Positions 27,343 through 35,683 of a stretch of DNA of 64,000 bases are shown here, in pieces. Origin of the DNA: a virus (lineage: Duplodnaviria; Heunggongvirae; Uroviricota; Caudoviricetes); the IMG/VR virus record IMGVR_UViG_3300015608_002795, positions 1 through 64,000 of that record. One strand, 5' to 3'. A program made the translations under genes and the position numbers. The notes beneath the pieces were generated by a model, which was not told where the DNA came from, searched no databases, and was given only the letters and a program-made list of their open reading frames with translations. Numbering within the stretch: the stretch's first letter is position 1; the number at the start of each line of letters is the position of its first letter.

Positions 27343-29274
27343 ATGAAAAAATCTATTTTATTGCTTTGCCTTCTTATTGGGGGCAAAGCTTTTTCACAAG
27401 AGAAAAGTGATACAGGTCAAATTACTCAACTTGATCGAGTAATTGTTATGGGAATTAGAGGTGATAAAAAAACACCAATAACACAAAAGACAATTTCAAA
27501 GAAAGAAATCACACAATTTTATCAAGGGCAGGAAATTCCAATACTGCTAGATAAAACTCCATCTATAACTTCTCAAACCGATGGAGGTCATACACAAGGA
27601 TATACCTATTTTCGAATTAGGGGAATTGATCAAACAAGAGTTAATATGACACTAAACGGAGTTCCTCTAAACGAACCAGAAGATCAAGGTGTTTATACCT
27701 CTAACTATCCAGGGTTCGCTAATGTAATTCAATCGGTTCAAGTTCAAAGGGGTGTAGGAACATCAAGTAATGGTGTTGCCTCATATGGTGGGTCAATTAG
27801 CTTTTTGAGTCAAAGTGGTATTAATAGGGGTTCTGAAATTGATTTAGGGTATGGATCGTTTAATACTAAACGACTTAACTACTCAAATAGTACAGGATTA
27901 AGTAGAAAAAACCTCTCCTTATTTACCAATTTATCATTATACTCAAGTGATGGATATAGGTATAATTCAGGGGGAAAAGGATATTCATTATTTATGAGCG
28001 GAGGTTACTACAAAGATCTTAATATACTTAAGTTTACAGCATTTACTGGTATGTCAACTAATCAAATGGCATGGCTTGCTGTTTCTGAAGATGATATTAA
28101 ATACGATAGAAAAACTAATTATAATAAAGGTGATGCTGATGATAAATTCAACCAAACTTTTGCTCAATTACAATGGACTAAAATTGTAAATAAAAATTCT
28201 AAATTTTCTTCTAATTTATTCTATAATAGGCTTGATGGCTCTTATGATTTACACTTCATATCACCGGGAACAAGAACTTTATTTTTATCATCTAATTTTT
28301 ATGGACTAGTTAGTAATTATTTATATCATAAAAATAGTGTTAAAATTAATATTGGTGCCAGTATATCTGGATATAATAGGAATCACAGCAATGACACTCT
28401 AGGGTACACAAATACTGGATATAAAAGTGAAATTAATATCTTCTCGAAGTTAAATTATGATATTCAAAAAGTAACATTTTTTGGAGACATTCAATATCGT
28501 TATACAGATTTTAAATATCATGGTGATGTTAAGTTAGATAGACTCAAATGGAATTTCTTCAATCCGAAGGCAGGTATTATTTATACAAAAAATAAATTTT
28601 TAAACTATTATTTTTCAGTGGGGACTACAAAAAGAGAGCCAACAAGAACTAACTTATTTAGTGGTGGTGATAATTTAATATCATTAAATAAGATTGATCC
28701 GGAGAAAGTTATTGATTATGAATTGGGTGTGAATTTCAAAGATGATAAATTATCTATTCAGGGCAATTTGTATTATATGAATTTTCGTAATGAAATTACT
28801 CCAATTGGGCCAATGGGTGCAAACAGTCTTCCACTAATGATTAATGTCGATAAGAGTCTTAGAAGTGGTGTGGAAGTTGATTTTACATATATATTTAATG
28901 ATCTTACATTTTATACGAATCTCAATATATCACATAATAAGGTAAATAATAAAGGAAGTGAATTCAAGCCACTCTATACGCCTAATTTTGTTATGAATCA
29001 ATCCATTACATTTAACTATAATCAACTATCATTTGGCATCAATAGTAAGTGCCAAGGAAAATCTTATATTAGTTTTGATAACAACTATTCAATACCATCA
29101 TTTATCATATTTGGTTTCAATATTAGTTACGAACAAAAATCATACACCTTTGTACTACAAGGAAATAATTTAACAGATAATAAATATTATACAAGCGGGT
29201 ATGTTGATTCGAGAGTTAGATATTATACAAATGCATTATCAAACTTTTATCTCACTATTAAAAAGAAATTTTAA
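27343..29274 (+). CDS. TonB-dependent-receptor-like outer-membrane beta-barrel protein (signal peptide, C-terminal Phe)
   Basis: 'MKKSILLLCLLIGGKAFSQ' signal peptide; plug-like N-terminal region; alternating beta-strand pattern with Tyr/Asn/Gly richness; terminal '..KKKF'. Confidence 0.6.
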   Translation: MKKSILLLCLLIGGKAFSQEKSDTGQITQLDRVIVMGIRGDKKTPITQKTISKKEITQFYQGQEIPILLDKTPSITSQTDGGHTQGYTYFRIRGIDQTRVNMTLNGVPLNEPEDQGVYTSNYPGFANVIQSVQVQRGVGTSSNGVASYGGSISFLSQSGINRGSEIDLGYGSFNTKRLNYSNSTGLSRKNLSLFTNLSLYSSDGYRYNSGGKGYSLFMSGGYYKDLNILKFTAFTGMSTNQMAWLAVSEDDIKYDRKTNYNKGDADDKFNQTFAQLQWTKIVNKNSKFSSNLFYNRLDGSYDLHFISPGTRTLFLSSNFYGLVSNYLYHKNSVKINIGASISGYNRNHSNDTLGYTNTGYKSEINIFSKLNYDIQKVTFFGDIQYRYTDFKYHGDVKLDRLKWNFFNPKAGIIYTKNKFLNYYFSVGTTKREPTRTNLFSGGDNLISLNKIDPEKVIDYELGVNFKDDKLSIQGNLYYMNFRNEITPIGPMGANSLPLMINVDKSLRSGVEVDFTYIFNDLTFYTNLNISHNKVNNKGSEFKPLYTPNFVMNQSITFNYNQLSFGINSKCQGKSYISFDNNYSIPSFIIFGFNISYEQKSYTFVLQGNNLTDNKYYTSGYVDSRVRYYTNALSNFYLTIKKKF

Positions 29275-29389
29275 TGTCTTTAATAGAGGTTATAGCGGTT
29301 GCTTTTAGTTTTCTATCAATAGTATATACTGTTAATAAAAGTATTTTGAGTTTTATAAAATAATATATACTTAAAACATATTAAATTTA

Positions 29390-29905
29390 ATGAAACATCT
29401 ACAAAAATTTAACGAAATGGCGATTAGGATAAGAAAAAAAGAAGCAAAAAAGTCTAAGAAAACAGATCCACATTATATACTTAAATATAATTATATGATT
29501 GGTGATGCAAATGGAGATACTAGCGAAAAAGTAAAAATATCAAAGGATAATCCATTTCTTGAAAGATATTATAAACTTCTGAATTCACTAAAACCTACTC
29601 AAGGAACATGGGGGATTATATTAGACCGTGAAACGATATATAAAACATATGAAGAAAAACAAATAACCAAAGATGATTATTATTTTCTTATGAGAATAAT
29701 GTTTGAAGAATATGAAGAAGAGGATATGGAATCTCCTAATCCAAAAGAGCCAAAATTCAAAGTAGATAAGAAGGATGAGAAATATGCTAACGAATTCTTT
29801 GAAGGTGTGAGATCTGAAACAGAATATTCCTTTCTAGTCTTTGAAGGATTAAGTTTGAAGTATGTTGATGAAAATGGAAAGAAACATGATGCTGATGTTG
29901 ATTAA
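29390..29905 (+). CDS. hypothetical acidic protein (171 aa)
   Basis: intact ORF. Confidence 0.5.
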   Translation: MKHLQKFNEMAIRIRKKEAKKSKKTDPHYILKYNYMIGDANGDTSEKVKISKDNPFLERYYKLLNSLKPTQGTWGIILDRETIYKTYEEKQITKDDYYFLMRIMFEEYEEEDMESPNPKEPKFKVDKKDEKYANEFFEGVRSETEYSFLVFEGLSLKYVDENGKKHDADVD

Positions 29906-29908
29906 AAA

Positions 29909-29940
29909 TTTGGTCGAAACAATTAAAATAAATATATTTG
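29909..29940 (+). promoter_or_regulatory. Bacteroidetes-type promoter (TTTGGTCG..TATATTTG)
   Basis: upstream of ORF 30025. Confidence 0.45.
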
Positions 29941-30024
29941 TGTAATAGTCGTTAATCTATTCAAAATTAACTGGTGGCGTTATAGAAGTTCACGATAGTA
30001 TCTTCCTAAAATAAATATTAGGAA

Positions 30025-30240
30025 ATGAAAAAGTTACTAGAGTTAATTGAACAACTCAAAATTGCCGAAAAAGAACAAAAGGAAATTCGACAAATTGTTT
30101 GTAGAAAATCAAAAAGTAAGGATGTACAACAATGGATTAGAATTTGTAAACATTATGGACTATATGAACATAGTGAAAAAATAAAAAGTCTTAAACATAA
30201 GATAAATCAACTTCGATTGAAATATTGGTATTGGAAATAA
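30025..30240 (+). CDS. hypothetical protein (71 aa)
   Basis: intact ORF. Confidence 0.4.
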   Translation: MKKLLELIEQLKIAEKEQKEIRQIVCRKSKSKDVQQWIRICKHYGLYEHSEKIKSLKHKINQLRLKYWYWK

Positions 30241-30253
30241 AAAATCTTAATTT

Positions 30254-30490
30254 ATGATATATAAAAACATTATTGATTTCATTAAGGGAGAAAATTTAGA
30301 AAATGAAATTACTGACCTGACTGGCCGAAAAACAATTAAAGATTTTGAAGATTATTTGGATGACTACTCTGATAGAGATATTGTTGCTTCAGTAGTAAAT
30401 GATCTAGAAAATTCTGGAAAAATAAACGGAATCGTTAAGGTCGGGAGAAATAGGAATTGGAGAAGGCAAACTATTAATCTAAAAAAATAA
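30254..30490 (+). CDS. hypothetical protein (78 aa)
   Basis: intact ORF. Confidence 0.4.
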   Translation: MIYKNIIDFIKGENLENEITDLTGRKTIKDFEDYLDDYSDRDIVASVVNDLENSGKINGIVKVGRNRNWRRQTINLKK

Positions 30491-30521
30491 TTTGGTGGAA
30501 ATAAAAAAAGTTGTATCTTTG
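30491..30521 (+). promoter_or_regulatory. Bacteroidetes-type promoter (TTTGGTGG..TTGTATCTTTGTG)
   Basis: precedes a non-coding leader, the terminator at 30726-30762 and the large tRNA cluster. Confidence 0.5.
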
Positions 30522-30765
30522 TGTAACAAATCCCGAAAAAAGTAAAAAGGGACTTTAAACTTTTAATATATAACTTAATATAATAATTTCAATGAAACTG
30601 AATACAAGAAATATGACAATTATGAATCTCAACGTGGTGAATACGTTATGTATTAGACCTTGTTCGGGTATTGCTATTTCTAATTCAGATGGACTAGATG
30701 GATAAAAAGAATTAAGATAAAAGCAAGACCCGAACTCAAAAAGTTCGGGTTTTTTTGTTTTATAT

Positions 30766-30855
30766 GGCTCTGTGGCGAAATTTCGGTAGCACGCGTCAGG
30801 CTTAAACCCTGATGGACAGAAAAAGTCCGTGTCGGTTCGACCCCGACCAGAGTCA
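30766..30855 (+). tRNA. tRNA-Leu (UAA), class II
   Basis: acceptor GGCTCTG/CAGAGTC; anticodon stem TCAGG/CCTGA with loop CTTAAAC; long variable arm; T-arm GTCGG-TTCGACC-CCGAC. Confidence 0.7.
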
Positions 30856-30861
30856 CAAATT

Positions 30862-30941
30862 GGCCGAGTGGTGGAATGGTAGACACGCTAGTCTAAGAAG
30901 CTAGTACCTTCGGTGTGAGAGTTCGAGTCTCTCCTTGGTCA
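30862..30941 (+). tRNA. tRNA, Leu-like body with anticodon loop CTAAGAA (AAG?)
   Basis: acceptor GGCCGAG/CTTGGTC (2 GU); anticodon stem CTAGT/GCTAG; T-arm GAGAG-TTCGAGT-CTCTC. Confidence 0.45.
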
Positions 30942-30949
30942 CAAAAAAT

Positions 30950-31029
30950 GCTCCCGTAATCGAGTCTGCCTTCTAAGCAGTTAATCGTAACGGATATTGA
31001 AAATGAGGGTTCGAATCCCTCCGGGAGTT
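30950..31029 (+). tRNA. tRNA-like, D-arm apparently absent, UCU anticodon hairpin, long variable region
   Basis: acceptor GCTCCCG/CGGGAGT; anticodon stem TCTGC/GCAGT with loop CTTCTAA; T-arm GAGGG-TTCGAAT-CCCTC; only 8 nt between acceptor and anticodon stem. Confidence 0.35.
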
Positions 31030-31187
31030 CAAATATCGTCAAGATTCTATATCTATGAGAGTTTCTAGGACAATCATAAGATGAAATGGAAGAATTAAAA
31101 ACCACAGAATTTGATTTATAAATATTCTAGAAAGATTTATAAGTTGATGGTGGGTAGTAGGTTCGAATCCTACCTTGATGTCGAAAT

Positions 31188-31258
31188 GGGAATTTAGTTC
31201 AATGGAAGAACAAGGAGCTGTTAACTCTTAGACATCGGATCGTTACCGGTAATTCCCG
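31188..31258 (+). tRNA. tRNA-Asn (GUU)
   Basis: acceptor GGGAATT/AATTCCC perfect; D-stem GTTC/GAAC; anticodon stem AGGAG/CTCTT with loop CTGTTAA; T-loop ATCGTTA. Confidence 0.6.
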
Positions 31259-31289
31259 CAAATAACGAATACATAGTAGAAATACTATG

Positions 31290-31360
31290 TGGGATATACA
31301 TCAGTGGTAGATGGCCCTCGCGAAAGGGGGTAGGCAGTGGTTCGATTCCACTTATCCCAA
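31290..31360 (+). tRNA. tRNA, Phe(GAA)-like with GCGAAAG anticodon loop (C33)
   Basis: acceptor TGGGATA/TATCCCA perfect; D-stem CATC/GATG; T-arm AGTGG-TTCGATT-CCACT; preceded by a perfect 8-bp hairpin ACATAGTA-GAAA-TACTATGT. Confidence 0.45.
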
Positions 31361-31366
31361 CTAAAT

Positions 31367-31439
31367 TGTCAGTTAGCTCATTTGGTAGAGTACCTGTCTG
31401 ATACACAGGAGGTGCCGGGATCGTAACCCGGACTGACAA
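31367..31439 (+). tRNA. tRNA-Ile (GAU)
   Basis: acceptor TGTCAGT/ACTGACA perfect; anticodon stem CCTGT/ACAGG with loop CTGATAC; T-arm CCGGG-ATCGTAA-CCCGG. Confidence 0.65.
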
Positions 31440-31445
31440 CAAAAA

Positions 31446-31526
31446 CGGCGTGTAACCCTCAATCCTGATAAGATTGCTACGGGTAATTGGTAAGTGAAAA
31501 TGCTGGTTCGATTCCAGTCACGCCGA
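31446..31526 (+). tRNA. tRNA-like, D-arm apparently absent, GAU-type hairpin CAATC-CTGATAA-GATTG
   Basis: acceptor CGGCGTG/CACGCCG perfect; T-arm GCTGG-TTCGATT-CCAGT. Confidence 0.35.
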
Positions 31527-31532
31527 CAAATT

Positions 31533-31618
31533 GGGAGATTAGCTCAGCTGGTCAGAGCAAGATCCTGTTAAGATCGAGGCGTGAATAACGATTTCATAGG
31601 TTCGAATCCTATCTCCCG
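31533..31618 (+). tRNA. tRNA, class-II architecture, anticodon loop CTGTTAA (GUU), G73
   Basis: acceptor GGGAGAT/ATCTCCC perfect; D-arm GCTC-AGCTGGTCA-GAGC; 19-nt variable arm (CGT/ACG stem); T-arm ATAGG-TTCGAAT-CCTAT. Confidence 0.5.
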
Positions 31619-31661
31619 CTTATTGAGTGATTTTCGAAAATTATATTTTAATATATAATTT

Positions 31662-32315
31662 ATGGAATCAAAATATATTTGTGAAGAATGTGGTAATGAA
31701 TTTTTTCCATTAAAAAGGAATGTTCAATACTCAAAGCTGAAAGGATTAAATAGAATAAGATTTTGTTCTAAACAATGCTCCGGTAGAAATTCTAAAAAAG
31801 AAATATTACTAGAGTGTGCAAATTGTGGGAAACAAGTCTATAAAAAAAGAAAAGAGAGAAAAAAGAGTAAAAGTGGAAATATTTTTTGTGGTAAGAGCTG
31901 TTCAGCATCTTTTAATAACAGAAATAAGTCTACTGGAACAAGAAGAAGTAAGTTAGAGTTATGGATAGAGAAAGAATTGAAAAGTGAATATAAATTTGAA
32001 ATTATTTTTAATGGAAAAGAAATCATAAATAGTGAATTAGACATTTATATACCAAGCTTAAAATTAGCATTTGAGTTAAATGGTATATTTCACTATGAAC
32101 CTATTTATGGAGAAGAAAAACTTAAAAATATTAAAAATAATGATGATAGAAAATTTCAAGCCTGCTTAGAGAAAAATATAGAACTTTGCATAATAGATAC
32201 GTCAGGTTCTAAAAACTTTAAGTCAGAAAGAGACAAAAAATATTTTAACATCATTAGTAATATAATAAATGCACGGATGGTTCGAGTGGTTGAAGACACT
32301 AGTCTGCAAAACTAG
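31662..32315 (+). CDS. DUF559 / very-short-patch-repair-like endonuclease with N-terminal zinc ribbons (homing-endonuclease-like)
   Basis: 'CEECGNEF..CSKQCSG' and 'CANCGKQV..CGKSC' Zn ribbons; C-terminal 'IYIPSLKLAFELNG..EKNIELCIID' PD-(D/E)xK-like core; 3' end overlaps the next tRNA by about 45 nt. Confidence 0.5.
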   Translation: MESKYICEECGNEFFPLKRNVQYSKLKGLNRIRFCSKQCSGRNSKKEILLECANCGKQVYKKRKERKKSKSGNIFCGKSCSASFNNRNKSTGTRRSKLELWIEKELKSEYKFEIIFNGKEIINSELDIYIPSLKLAFELNGIFHYEPIYGEEKLKNIKNNDDRKFQACLEKNIELCIIDTSGSKNFKSERDKKYFNIISNIINARMVRVVEDTSLQN

Positions 32316-32357
32316 AAGCCGTAAGGTTCATCGTGAGTTCAAATCTCACTCCGTGCT
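32271..32357 (+). tRNA. tRNA with GCA (Cys) anticodon and 17-nt variable arm
   Basis: acceptor GCACGGA/TCCGTGC perfect; anticodon stem CTAGT/ACTAG with loop CTGCAAA; T-arm GTGAG-TTCAAAT-CTCAC. Confidence 0.55.
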
Positions 32358-32362
32358 CATAA

Positions 32363-32448
32363 TGTCTCGTAGCTCAGTGGTTTAAGAGCACCGCCCTTAC
32401 AAGGCGGAGGCGAATAGGATACCGTCAGTTCGATTCTGACCGAGACAA
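32363..32448 (+). tRNA. tRNA-Val (UAC) with 16-nt variable region
   Basis: acceptor TGTCTCG/CGAGACA perfect; anticodon stem CCGCC/GGCGG with loop CTTACAA; T-arm GTCAG-TTCGATT-CTGAC. Confidence 0.6.
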
Positions 32449-32456
32449 CAAAAAAT

Positions 32457-32541
32457 GCCTGGTTCGCATAGTGGACGATTGCACCTGCCTTGTAAGCAGG
32501 ATCTTAAAAAGGCGACGGGGGTTCGAATCCCTCACCAGGCT
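32457..32541 (+). tRNA. tRNA-Thr (UGU) with 16-nt variable region
   Basis: acceptor GCCTGGT/ACCAGGC perfect; anticodon stem CCTGC/GCAGG with loop CTTGTAA; T-arm GGGGG-TTCGAAT-CCCTC. Confidence 0.6.
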
Positions 32542-32585
32542 CAAAGTAGGAAGGCTCATATTTTTAATATATAAAAATAAAAACT

Positions 32586-33254
32586 ATGAGAATTTCAAAA
32601 GAAATATTAATTGAACTAGTTAATAGAGGACTATCAAATAAAAAAATATCAGAGGAATTAAATGTTTCTAGATCAACTATTGTTAGAGAAAAGTCTAAAT
32701 ATAATTTGAATTCAAAGTATTATGAAATTAAAAGTGAAATTAAAAAATGTGAGTTTTGTAATGAAGAATTTAAATCAATAAAGAGTGATAATAGAAAATT
32801 TTGTTCAAGGGAATGCTCTATTAATAGTCAGAAAAAGTCAAATGAATTAAAAATATGTGAGTTTTGTAATGAAGAATTTATAATAAGTGGGAGAAACATA
32901 TCAAAAAATAGAAAATTTTGCTCAACTGATTGTCATAAAAAGTATGTAGAAGATTCAAGATTTAAAAAATTAGAATATAACGGTGGAGTAAGTAACAAGA
33001 CAGCTAGGTTGTACCTAATAAAAAAATTTGGTGAAAAATGTATGAATTGTGGATGGGATAAGAAGAATACAGTTAGTGGAAAATGTCCGATAGAACTAGA
33101 ACATATAGACGGTAACTCAGAAAATAACAACTTAGATAATTTAAAATTACTTTGTCCAAATTGTCACTCATTAACACCAACATATAAATCTTTGAATAAG
33201 GGAAAAGGAAGACATAAAAGAAGAGAAAGGTATAAAGAAGGTAGAAGTTATTAA
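32586..33254 (+). CDS. HNH homing endonuclease (HTH + Cys-rich + HNH), paralogue of 22819-23463
   Basis: 'LEHIDGNSENNNLDNLKLLCPNCHSLTPTYKSLNKGKGR'. Confidence 0.8.
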   Translation: MRISKEILIELVNRGLSNKKISEELNVSRSTIVREKSKYNLNSKYYEIKSEIKKCEFCNEEFKSIKSDNRKFCSRECSINSQKKSNELKICEFCNEEFIISGRNISKNRKFCSTDCHKKYVEDSRFKKLEYNGGVSNKTARLYLIKKFGEKCMNCGWDKKNTVSGKCPIELEHIDGNSENNNLDNLKLLCPNCHSLTPTYKSLNKGKGRHKRRERYKEGRSY

Positions 33255-33255
33255 T

Positions 33256-33328
33256 TGGGGATTAGCTCAAATGGTAGAGCGTTTCTGTGACATGGAAAAG
33301 GTAGTGGGATCGTTACCCACATCCCCAA
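33256..33328 (+). tRNA. tRNA-Val (GAC)?
   Basis: acceptor TGGGGAT/ATCCCCA perfect; anticodon stem TTTCT/GGAAA with loop GTGACAT; T-arm GTGGG-ATCGTTA-CCCAC. Confidence 0.5.
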
Positions 33329-33333
33329 CAAAG

Positions 33334-33378
33334 TAGTGATGGTGATGATGTAACCCCATCATCCGGGTTCATCACTAT
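33334..33378 (+). ncRNA. tRNA-minihelix-like hairpin (7-bp terminal stem AGTGATG/CATCACT enclosing a 7-bp hairpin)
   Basis: AGTGATG-G-TGATGATG-TAACCC-CATCATC-CGGGTT-CATCACT; sits between two tRNA genes. Confidence 0.3.
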
Positions 33379-33451
33379 GTGGGAGTAGCTCAGTTGGTAA
33401 GAGCACCTGCATCGAGGCAGGCGGTCGGTGGTTCAAGTCCATCCTCCCATA
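33379..33451 (+). tRNA. tRNA with 6-nt anticodon loop ATCGAG (Arg UCG-like, one nt short)
   Basis: acceptor GTGGGAG/CTCCCAT; canonical D-arm GCTC-AGTTGGTAA-GAGC; anticodon stem CCTGC/GCAGG perfect but loop only 6 nt; T-arm GGTGG-TTCAAGT-CCATC. Confidence 0.45.
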
Positions 33452-33495
33452 CAAATCTTTAGTCTGATCAACTATTGACTGGATGGTTCGAAACA
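33452..33495 (+). ncRNA. tRNA top-half minihelix (acceptor-like stem TGATCAA/TTGATTA + T-arm GGATG-GTTCGAAA-CATCC)
   Basis: about 43-nt element with a T-loop consensus and a 7-bp terminal stem but no D or anticodon arm. Confidence 0.3.
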
Positions 33496-33496
33496 T

Positions 33497-33569
33497 CCGA
33501 TTGATTATGGTGTAAAGGGCACACCCGACGAGGGAGGTTTAAGGTTCGATTCCTTATTAATCAACAAAA
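33497..33569 (+). tRNA. tRNA-like, irregular anticodon region
   Basis: acceptor TGATTAT/TTAATCA (6 of 7); T-arm TAAGG-TTCGATT-CCTTA; D-stem GTG/CAC. Confidence 0.3.
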
Positions 33570-33570
33570 T

Positions 33571-33642
33571 GCCGTAGTCGTATAATTGGTATTACGCAAC
33601 GTTGGTATCGTTGTAACAGCGGATCGTAACCGCTCTATGGCT
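33571..33642 (+). tRNA. tRNA-Thr (GGU)
   Basis: acceptor GCCGTAG/CTATGGC; anticodon stem CAACG/CGTTG with loop TTGGTAT; T-arm AGCGG-ATCGTAA-CCGCT. Confidence 0.65.
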
Positions 33643-33760
33643 CTATAAGCATGGTAGTAGCCCTTATTTGAATGAAAATTTATCTTGACCGCAAGCAAAA
33701 TAGATAAAGAAGTAAGTAAAAAATAAAAAATCTACCCATCACTTGCGGGTGATGTTTTTT

Positions 33761-33850
33761 GCCCAGATGTTGGAATTTAGGGAGACATCACCGTCTTAGA
33801 AGCGGTGGCGAAATAATAGTAGCGTACGGGTTCGATCCCCGTTCTGGGCA
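33761..33850 (+). tRNA. tRNA-Leu (UAG), class II
   Basis: acceptor GCCCAGA/TCTGGGC perfect; anticodon stem ACCGT/GCGGT with loop CTTAGAA; 19-nt variable arm; T-arm ACGGG-TTCGATC-CCCGT; preceded by the terminator hairpin at 33737-33760. Confidence 0.65.
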
Positions 33851-33858
33851 CGAATAGT

Positions 33859-33992
33859 TTGTATTATGGCGAAGCTGGGATTGATTTCGGGTAAACTCCA
33901 AAATCTTCTACTCAAGAACGAAAACCGCCATCCTGATGTACGAGGTAGATAGTATAAGGGATCATAGGTTCGAGTCCTATTAATACAAACAT
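33859..33992 (+). tRNA. tRNA-like with about 60-nt internal insertion (acceptor TGTATTA .. T-arm ATAGG-TTCGAGT-CCTAT .. TAATACA)
   Basis: perfect 7-bp terminal complementarity and canonical T-arm, but 134 nt end to end. Confidence 0.25.
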
Positions 33993-33994
33993 TA

Positions 33995-34070
33995 TGGCAT
34001 GGCTTAGAGGAAAAGAGCGGTCTCTCATAAGGACTGTCAAGTGGGTTCGAACCCCACGCATGCTACTAAT
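33995..34070 (+). tRNA. tRNA (CAU anticodon hairpin GGTCT-CTCATAA-GGACT); acceptor pairing imperfect
   Basis: T-arm GTGGG-TTCGAAC-CCCAC; D-stem GCT/AGC. Confidence 0.35.
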
Positions 34071-34130
34071 TCGGATTGGAAATTACCACTTCGGACTTTT
34101 AATATATATATAATAAAAATTAAAAAAGAA

Positions 34131-34733
34131 ATGTGTAATTATGGATGGAGTAACGGATTAGACTCCGCAAATGACAATAGAATTAGAAGTAAATATAAAT
34201 ATATAGCACTTTGTGAAAATTCAAATATTCACAGAGGAGTTTTAAGAAATAAAATAATTAAAGAGGGATTAATATTATATAAATGTTCAGAATGTGGAAT
34301 TACCAATGAATGGAATGGGAAAAAAATAATTTTAGAACTGGATCATATAAGCGGTGATAGTACTGATAATAGAATTGAAAATTTAAGATTTTTGTGTCCA
34401 AATTGTCATTCTCAAACACCAACATTTAAAGGTAGAAATAAACCGAAGTCAGAAAAAGAAATAAAAATAAGAAAAGAAAAGAAAAAAAAGGAGAGGAGAA
34501 AAAAAATAAAAAATAAAAAATGCAATAATTGTAGTAAAATGTGTAGCTTTAATGCGGATGTTTGTAGGGACTGTTACAAAATATTACAAAGAAAATATGA
34601 TAGACCAGATGATCAAATATTATTAAGACAGGTTAAAGAATTTGGATATACAAAAACATCAAAAATATATGGAGTTTCTGATAAAACTATTAAAAAATGG
34701 TTTGAGGATTTATCGGATACACCGAAAGATTAA
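34131..34733 (+). CDS. HNH homing endonuclease (track ORF 34041 trimmed to the ATG downstream of the tRNA)
   Basis: 'CSECGITNEWNGKKIILELDHISGDSTDNRIENLRFLCPNCHSQTPTF'; C-terminal HTH-like 'YGVSDKTIKKWF'. Confidence 0.75.
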   Translation: MCNYGWSNGLDSANDNRIRSKYKYIALCENSNIHRGVLRNKIIKEGLILYKCSECGITNEWNGKKIILELDHISGDSTDNRIENLRFLCPNCHSQTPTFKGRNKPKSEKEIKIRKEKKKKERRKKIKNKKCNNCSKMCSFNADVCRDCYKILQRKYDRPDDQILLRQVKEFGYTKTSKIYGVSDKTIKKWFEDLSDTPKD

Positions 34734-34736
34734 AAA

Positions 34737-34819
34737 GGCCCAATGGCGTAACGGTAGCCGCGGCAGGCTCAAACCCTGCTGACCTAAAAGTCGTGTAGGT
34801 TCGACTCCTACTTGGGTCA
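34737..34819 (+). tRNA. tRNA-Leu (CAA), class II
   Basis: acceptor GGCCCAA/TTGGGTC; anticodon stem GCAGG/CCTGC with loop CTCAAAC; long variable arm; T-arm GTAGG-TTCGACT-CCTAC. Confidence 0.7.
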
Positions 34820-35046
34820 CTATGAAAATACACGGTATTGATAAGTCTTTATATAAATTTAGTGCTTTAAAAGATAATAAAAAAGTGGCTACTATAAAAG
34901 TTGTAGCCTATACTAAATTTCAAGCTTATTATGAGTGTGTTAAATATTTTCCAGAACAATGGATACACCTACGAACATATTCGATTTGCGGAAGATGATG
35001 AAGAGTGTGGTCCAATTTTAACAAAAAATGATATTAAAAGAAAGAT

Positions 35047-35658
35047 ATGATATTTAAAGAGTTTCCAAAAATAGCAAGATTATCAAGAGAGATAATCATC
35101 ACTGAAAAAATAGATGGTACTAATTCATCTGTTTTTATTCAAAGTGCTGCTTTGGAAGAGGGCAGTAACCCCGAAATAATTGAGAATGTCAATGGTCTTA
35201 CTGTTAGAGCAGGTAGTAGAACTCGTTGGGTTACACCAACTGATGATAACAAAGGATTTGCTCGTTGGGTAAAAGAAAATGCCGAAGAATTGGTAAAGCT
35301 CGGTGAGGGTCATCACTTTGGTGAATGGTGGGGTAATGGTATTCAAAGGGGATATAATCTACCAAGAGGTGATAAAAGATTTTCGCTATTCAATGCAGGT
35401 AGATGGAGAATAAATTCCTTTGAAGAAAAAGGATTTGAGTGTCCACCAAAATGTTGTTCAGTAGTTCCTGTATTATATACTGGTATTTTCGATACCAATG
35501 CAATACAAGATACTCTTAACGAACTTATTGAGCATGGTAGTTATGCAGCTCCGGGTTTTATGAATCCTGAAGGAATTGTAATTTATCACATTGCTGGTAA
35601 TTTAGGATTTAAAAAAACTATTAAAAATGACGATAGACCAAAATCATTAATAGAATAG
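35047..35658 (+). CDS. ATP-dependent RNA/DNA ligase-like nucleotidyltransferase, motif I 'KIDGTN'
   Basis: 'REIIITEKIDGTNSSVFIQ' lysine-adenylylation motif about 20 aa from the N-terminus (Rnl2/Lig-like arrangement). Confidence 0.6.
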   Translation: MIFKEFPKIARLSREIIITEKIDGTNSSVFIQSAALEEGSNPEIIENVNGLTVRAGSRTRWVTPTDDNKGFARWVKENAEELVKLGEGHHFGEWWGNGIQRGYNLPRGDKRFSLFNAGRWRINSFEEKGFECPPKCCSVVPVLYTGIFDTNAIQDTLNELIEHGSYAAPGFMNPEGIVIYHIAGNLGFKKTIKNDDRPKSLIE

Positions 35659-35683
35659 TTGTATAATTAATATATATATTTTA

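Noticed and set aside
27343-29274. Interpreting the TBDR-like ORF as evidence that the window is bacterial chromosome
   Set aside because: Its flanks are phage-like, with HNH endonucleases, a tRNA, RNA-repair genes and the same phage promoter module. A single host-like auxiliary gene does not outweigh that context.
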